A stretch of 64,000 nt of DNA from a virus (taxonomy: Duplodnaviria > Caudoviricetes): IMG/VR virus record IMGVR_UViG_3300021387_000036, positions 32,001 through 96,000 of that record; one strand, given 5' to 3'. A program made the translations under genes and the position numbers. Of this stretch, positions 59,814 to 64,000 are shown piece by piece. The first letter of the stretch is position 1. Each line of letters begins with the position of its first letter. The notes beneath the pieces were generated by a model, which worked only from the letters and a program-made list of their open reading frames with translations, did no database searches and had not been told where the DNA came from.

Positions 59814-60455
59814 TTAAGGTGTTGGATTAAATACTGCATCATAAGCATCATCAACAATATCAGTAATTTCTGTATTTGTAATTAAGGATATATCAGTATA
59901 TTTAACATATCCGCTTAAATCAATAGCAGTTGTACCAATTTTTTCATATCCGCTCGTTGCGGGAGTTGTTGATGAATCGGTATACCAAACATATTCATCA
60001 TATATATTTGGAGCTGCTCCTCCGCTTGGAACTAAATAAATAACTCCATTAGTTCCTGTTGCGGGCAAGTCTTCATAGCTATTTACTTTATCAAAACTGA
60101 TTCTTTCAAAACCAGCTAATGCAGTTTGAATTAATGTATTAATTTCAGTATTACTAACTACACCTTTAGTAGTAGCTCCCGCAACTGGAATTTGAATCTT
60201 TTTATTTGTAATAGTTAAATCAGTACCATCAATTTGCGCACCTTCTACTACATTTTGTTCACCAAAATCTGAATAACTAACATGAGAAATCCCGCCCTTA
60301 TCATCAGTTAATACTATCCATTCATTAGTAGTATCTAATGAAATACTATATGTAGTATTAACATTAAGAGGACTTGTTTTTAATTTTGTAAAGATGTACT
60401 GAACTGCATATAACAGTCCATCATCATCTAATAAATTATATTGCATATTAGGCAT
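59814..60455 (-). CDS. Virion fibre/accessory protein
   Basis: LPATG..GVIYLVP.....N.YDEYVW...YEKIG...DLSGY motif. Confidence 0.65.
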   Translation of the reverse strand: MPNMQYNLLDDDGLLYAVQYIFTKLKTSPLNVNTTYSISLDTTNEWIVLTDDKGGISHVSYSDFGEQNVVEGAQIDGTDLTITNKKIQIPVAGATTKGVVSNTEINTLIQTALAGFERISFDKVNSYEDLPATGTNGVIYLVPSGGAAPNIYDEYVWYTDSSTTPATSGYEKIGTTAIDLSGYVKYTDISLITNTEITDIVDDAYDAVFNPTP

Positions 60456-60456
60456 T

Positions 60457-60864
60457 TTAATTTCCTCCTCCAAAAATAGCATCGTATTGTTCATCTATAA
60501 TTTGTTTTATGCGAGCATTTTTAATATCATCTCGACCTAATTCTTCAAAACTCTTATCTTGTGTTAATTCAACCCCGTTAATAGATGGTTTATTTATCAA
60601 TAGTTCATAATCTCCACTTTCTGCGGCAACCAGTTCTTGCCAGGATGTACCGTTAAAAAAGAATTCTACGTCTGGATTATTATATACAATAGTCCAGTCT
60701 CCCACCTTGGCAGTAACATATTGATTATCTATTACAATAGGATTAGTTGTATCATTATCTTGAAGTTCTGTTGTGGTTATTCCCAAAAATCTTGCTCTTG
60801 CTTTAAGTTCTTCTTCTATTTTTTTAATTTTTTTATGTAAAAGACCATATGTAATAATATCCAT
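60457..60864 (-). CDS. Virion accessory protein
   Basis: GD.......EF.FNG..W, DY..L.NKPSINGVEL...KS.EELG. Confidence 0.6.
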   Translation of the reverse strand: MDIITYGLLHKKIKKIEEELKARARFLGITTTELQDNDTTNPIVIDNQYVTAKVGDWTIVYNNPDVEFFFNGTSWQELVAAESGDYELLINKPSINGVELTQDKSFEELGRDDIKNARIKQIIDEQYDAIFGGGN

Positions 60865-61052
60865 TAAATCATCACCCACTCTCCGGCGGTAGTGAGCATA
60901 TACACTTCACTATTTTCAATACATATCGCTACGCTACCAGAGCTTACATCAGGTTGAATAGGCAAATTTTGAATATCATTAACTGTATCAACAGAAAACT
61001 CTGTATAATAAGTATTATTATGGTCTTGTTGTTTAATTCTTACAAAACCCAT
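60864..61052 (-). CDS. Small hypothetical protein
   Basis: EF..DT..DI..LP.....GS.A.......VY.L...GEW; AGGAGG RBS. Confidence 0.65.
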   Translation of the reverse strand: MGFVRIKQQDHNNTYYTEFSVDTVNDIQNLPIQPDVSSGSVAICIENSEVYMLTTAGEWVMI

Positions 61053-61159
61053 TCATTCAACCTCCTTTTAAATTATTTTTTAAACTTACGAATTTTCTAT
61101 AATTTATTTCAATTTTCTCAAAAAAAGATTAAATAGAATTGATTAAGAAAAGCGATTTA

Positions 61160-61209
61160 AAAAAGTTGAAATCCATTTTTTATTTGCGGTGGCGCCCGCT
61201 TCCACTCCA
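61160..61209. repeat. Dispersed ~50-bp intergenic repeat, copy 2
   Basis: Aligns with 9263-9311. Confidence 0.7.
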
Positions 61210-61222
61210 GCCAAATAAGCAT

Positions 61223-61255
61223 AAAAAAAGAGGGAATAGTATAAAACTATTCCCT
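61223..61255 (-). terminator. Intrinsic terminator ending the ncRNA transcription unit
   Basis: AGGGAATAGT/ACTATTCCCT 10-bp stem followed by CTTTTTTT. Confidence 0.85.
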
Positions 61256-61259
61256 AGTT

Positions 61260-61300
61260 GTAACTCCTAAACTGGAGGGCAAGGTAGAAGTAGGAGTTAC
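61260..61300 (-). ncRNA. Putative trans-acting hairpin sRNA with CU-rich loop
   Basis: Perfect 10-bp stem GTAACTCCTA/TAGGAGTTAC, 21-nt loop CTTCTACCTTGCCCTCCAGTT. Confidence 0.55.
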
Positions 61301-61304
61301 GAAA

Positions 61305-61348
61305 TGTGTCAATTCGGAGTTGAACCGAATCTAGTCCCTAGCTGACAC
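61305..61348 (-). ncRNA. tRNA-like minihelix (acceptor stem plus T arm, no D or anticodon arm)
   Basis: GTGTCAG/TTGACAC 7-bp stem, TTCGG-TTCAACT-CCGAA T arm, discriminator A. Confidence 0.6.
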
Positions 61349-61552
61349 CTGCTTATTAATGAGCATTTCCGCATGTTTAATAAGCTTTTTACTTTTCAAT
61401 TTTTTATTAGTATAAGCTTCAATAAGCTGTTTTTCATTTAATTCTTTTTCTTCAAATGCTTTATCATTAGTTTTCTTCATATCTTCTATTGAAGGTGAAC
61501 TACAATTTTTAGCCATAAAACTTTTCATTTTTGCAAATTCTGTTTTACTCAT
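61331..61552 (-). CDS. Small basic hypothetical protein
   Basis: GGAGG RBS, MSKTEFAKMK...; last codons overlap the tRNA-like element. Confidence 0.6.
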   Translation of the reverse strand: MSKTEFAKMKSFMAKNCSSPSIEDMKKTNDKAFEEKELNEKQLIEAYTNKKLKSKKLIKHAEMLINKQVSARD

Positions 61553-61565
61553 ATTAACCTCCACT

Positions 61566-62216
61566 CTTGATAACTTAATTATAATAATAAATATTAGACC
61601 TTCGTCTTACTCTGATTACCTTCTGTTTTATTAGACTAATAAGGAGATAAGTCTGAGCTTAAAGGAGCTACCTTTAAACTTCTTATCCCATTCCGTTTTC
61701 CACGGAACTCAGGTTTTGCACCTTTTATCTTATATAGGATTGATTACCTATAACTTTCACGCACCATTCAGAGTTGTTCTTCCTATTAAAGTTTTTCAAA
61801 ACTTTCAAATACTTTTTTATTTGATAATTCATAGCAGATTTGCGCTACTCGTACCCTGACCTTCTCTTATAGATTATTTCTAATCTTCAACTGCTAAACT
61901 TCCTTATTTTGGTATTACTTAGGTTTGCAGCGGGGACCACCCAACATACCACCTAACTAAGCTTCTTCCTCGCAGAGGCTGCCTATTACGGAAGCAAGAA
62001 GACAGTGTCTTAAACAGCGATAACCTCGAGCACGTACTACCAAAGAGCTTGTATTTTCTTTATACAAGTGGATATTTCTATCACTAGATAAATCCGTTCT
62101 TTCTTTCAAAGTATCCTTATCCAAAAACTTATTCTAATGGTTAGGCAGTACTCTCAGCATCATGGCATTGACTCTTCACTGAGTTAATACATTATTATTA
62201 TAATTAAATTATCAAG
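61566..62216 (-). ncRNA. Large structured ncRNA, GOLLD/ROOL-class candidate
   Basis: No ORF over ~650 nt, own promoter, 25-bp terminal stem with one U-G pair, many internal hairpins, adjacent to phage tRNAs. Confidence 0.7.
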
Positions 62217-62303
62217 GTTCTATTTTGTTTTATTTTCTATATATATTATATAAAAAATTTTTATAAATTTCAAATCATGTTGTCATAACTTTCAATTTAT
62301 GAG

Positions 62304-62374
62304 CTGGGGTAGCTGGACTCGAACCAGCCCACTGTGGGTCAAAGCCACATATCCTACCTCTAGATTATACCCCA
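62304..62374 (-). tRNA. tRNA-Gln(TTG)
   Basis: TGGGGTA/TACCCCA acceptor, TGTGG-CTTTGAC-CCACA anticodon arm, GGTTCGAGTCC. Confidence 0.9.
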
Positions 62375-62482
62375 TTGAGACTGTTTGCCTTTACAGACTC
62401 GTCTGTGTTTGCTGACTACCAACAGCTTGGCGGAAGTAGTTTTCATCCTTCGATATGTCCTAAGACATAACCTGCTATTGAA

Positions 62483-62564
62483 TGAGCGAGGAGGGGATCG
62501 AACCCTCAATCCTTGCGGCACGAGGGCTTAAACCTCGTGTGTATTCCAGTTCCACCACTCGCCC
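62483..62564 (-). tRNA. tRNA-Leu(TAA)
   Basis: GGGCGAG/CTCGCTC acceptor, CGAGG-TTTAAGC-CCTCG, long variable arm, GGTTCGATCCC. Confidence 0.9.
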
Positions 62565-62773
62565 AAAATGCGGGAAACTGCCTTTATGACTTTACAAGAC
62601 GAGGCTCCCGCCTCCTTTTATCTCTTTCTATTGGAACCCGTGTGCTGCTATGTTTACACCACGAACCTCGGGAGAAAGAAATGTATCGCTATTGTGGGAA
62701 GAATTTTGTTCCACGATACATTTGTTAAAAGCATATGAGTACTCACCCTCATTCTAGGGCATATGCTAGACCC

Positions 62774-63090
62774 TGTGCAATTTAGTAGGTTTGCCAACCT
62801 TTTAAACTTCGATAGCCTGCCGAAGATGGACATCAATCCCATCATTTCTAGGTCAGCGCTTTGCGTCGTCACGGAGCCACCGCCAAGCGAGTTTTAATTT
62901 GTTTTTACTCAATTCGGTTATCTACCCTCTGAAGTTTTATAATCCACCGTTTATGGCATAGGTCGTGGGACACCTATCGCACCCTCCTTGGATTTCTCCT
63001 CACACTTCGCCGCCACACTAAATGACTACTAAAGGCTCTCACTTTAATTTTAAGATGGACGAGATTTCCCATCAGTAGAGTTATTGCACA
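62774..63090 (-). ncRNA. Unassigned ~320-nt structured RNA between tRNA-Met and tRNA-Leu
   Basis: Terminal TGTGCAAT/ATTGCACA stem, nested helices, elevated GC, no credible ORF. Confidence 0.5.
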
Positions 63091-63144
63091 TTAAGGTAGC
63101 TTCGCTTACCTCGTTACTGTCGGTTAAGGGAGCCGACTCCTAAA

Positions 63145-63215
63145 TAGCAGGTGCCAGATTTGAACTGGCGTCTGGGCGGTATGAGCGCCCCAAGGTTCCA
63201 CTCCTCTAACCTGCG
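63145..63215 (-). tRNA. tRNA-Met(CAT), initiator-like
   Basis: Unpaired C1:U72, GGGCG-CTCATAC-CGCCC anticodon arm, GCCAG-TTCAAAT-CTGGC T arm. Confidence 0.82.
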
Positions 63216-63395
63216 ATATTAAACCTGTGATTTATCTCGTTAGCACAGGTACTCCGCATCCGAAATGAAACGGGGATGAATCCGTTCTATTCTATGTCAG
63301 GGATTGTTAGACGGGAATAGACAAGCCACTTATTTTAACCCAAATTTTTAAAATAAAATTATGACGAGTACTGGTGTATATCCTATAATTTTATT

Positions 63396-63599
63396 TCTTT
63401 TTTCATCTTACATATATATTGTATCAAAAATTTTTATAAATTTCAAATATATTTTATCTTAGGTAAAGTTCCGTTTCCTTATTTAATGCTAATTAACCAC
63501 TTCTGCTAAGGGGATTTCAAAATTTAGCTCCCTAAGAAATAATATGTCTTTTTTCATCTTACATATATATTATAGCAAAAAATTTTATAAATTTCAAAT
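63396..63599 (-). repeat. Duplicated 53-bp promoter unit (63396-63448 and 63547-63599)
   Basis: TTGAAA-N17-TA(C/T)AAT-ATATATGTAAGATGAAAAAAGA; 3 mismatches between copies. Confidence 0.8.
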
Positions 63600-63607
63600 T
63601 ATTTTAG

Positions 63608-63679
63608 TAGTCTGTACGGGAATTGAACCCGTGTCTTCTGGATGAAAACCAGATGTCTATACCACTTGACTAACAGACC
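63608..63679 (-). tRNA. tRNA-Glu(TTC)
   Basis: GGTCTGT/ACAGACT acceptor, TCTGG-TTTTCAT-CCAGA, GGTTCAATTCC. Confidence 0.9.
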
Positions 63680-63811
63680 AATAAGCAACTTTCTTTTGCA
63701 GAAGCTAGATGGGTTATGGTAAGTTGCCACCTTTGTAATCCTCCACATTCACCGCATCCCATCACGGATTCTGTTTCATAGGCATCTACCTTTAGGCGGT
63801 GAGCGCCATAA

Positions 63812-63883
63812 CGAGCTTACAGAGAATCGAACTCTGATTTTCGGAGAGACAATCCGATGTAATAGCCTTTATACTATAAGCCC
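63812..63883 (-). tRNA. tRNA-Asp(GTC)
   Basis: GGGCTTA/TAAGCTC acceptor, TCGGA-TTGTCTC-TCCGA, AGTTCGATTCT. Confidence 0.88.
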
Positions 63884-64000
63884 ATAATAGGAGTTGCACT
63901 CCCGCCCTTACTGGCGGAAGCCCATCCTATTTTATCTAATCTCAACGTTATGCAGCTCTTTACTTTACGAAGCAGCTGCCGCACCGTGTACTTCATTAGT

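Noticed and set aside
1032-61136. Plus-strand and nested alternative-frame ORFs in the ORF track
   Set aside because: They are shadows of longer minus-strand genes with recognisable motifs; none has RBS or promoter support.
61305-61348. 3' end of a tmRNA
   Set aside because: The acceptor stem closes locally within 44 nt, lacks the tmRNA GGGG 5' end and G3-U70 alanine identity, and has no CCA or tag reading frame.
62513-62872. ORFs 62513-62728 (+) and 62654-62872 (-)
   Set aside because: They overlap tRNA-Leu and structured RNA, lack an RBS and have atypical composition.
62280-63812. Theta/HDV-like or hammerhead ribozymes behind tRNAs
   Set aside because: I could not build the nested double pseudoknot or find a CUGAUGA/GAAA core in the tRNA trailers by eye; a motif search would be needed.
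1-64000. Stop-codon reassignment
   Set aside because: Conserved genes are full length in code 11, TAG and TGA terminate genes at expected ends, and no suppressor tRNA is seen.

Overview
This 64-kb window is part of a large, AT-rich lytic-type dsDNA phage genome. The host is probably an anaerobic Bacillota/Clostridia species, inferred from AGGAGG ribosome-binding sites, sigmaA-type promoters, an anaerobic RNR and an amidase-SH3b lysin. Essentially all genes are on the minus strand. In transcription order (right to left) it holds: (1) a tRNA/structured-RNA cluster at 61.2-64 kb with five tRNAs, a ~650-nt GOLLD/ROOL-class RNA candidate, a ~320-nt structured RNA, a tRNA-like minihelix and a small hairpin RNA; (2) a tail-fibre/virion-accessory block at 43.8-61 kb with an embedded five-gene cassette; (3) RNA repair genes plus a run of small accessory ORFs at 34-43.5 kb; (4) PhoH, holin and endolysin; and (5) a near-complete replication and nucleotide module (RNase H, GyrB/GyrA, LigA, ClpP, ThyX-like, SSB, a Sak4-like ATPase split by a group I intron carrying a LAGLIDADG endonuclease, DnaB, primase, RecJ, an adenine MTase, a RecD/Dda-like helicase, DnaE, Gmk, NrdD). 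The most striking unexplained signal is a putative RNA regulatory circuit. A hairpin RNA at 61260-61300, directly behind a tRNA-like processing element, displays CUUGCCCUCC in its loop. The complementary (G)GAGGG(C/U)(A/G) motif recurs in terminator/antiterminator leaders and ribosome-binding sites of operons at 51-55.6 kb. Those operons follow a second, fixed-spacing promoter-like motif (GGACAAA-N27-CATAT). Family assignments come from motif recognition by eye; no searches were run.
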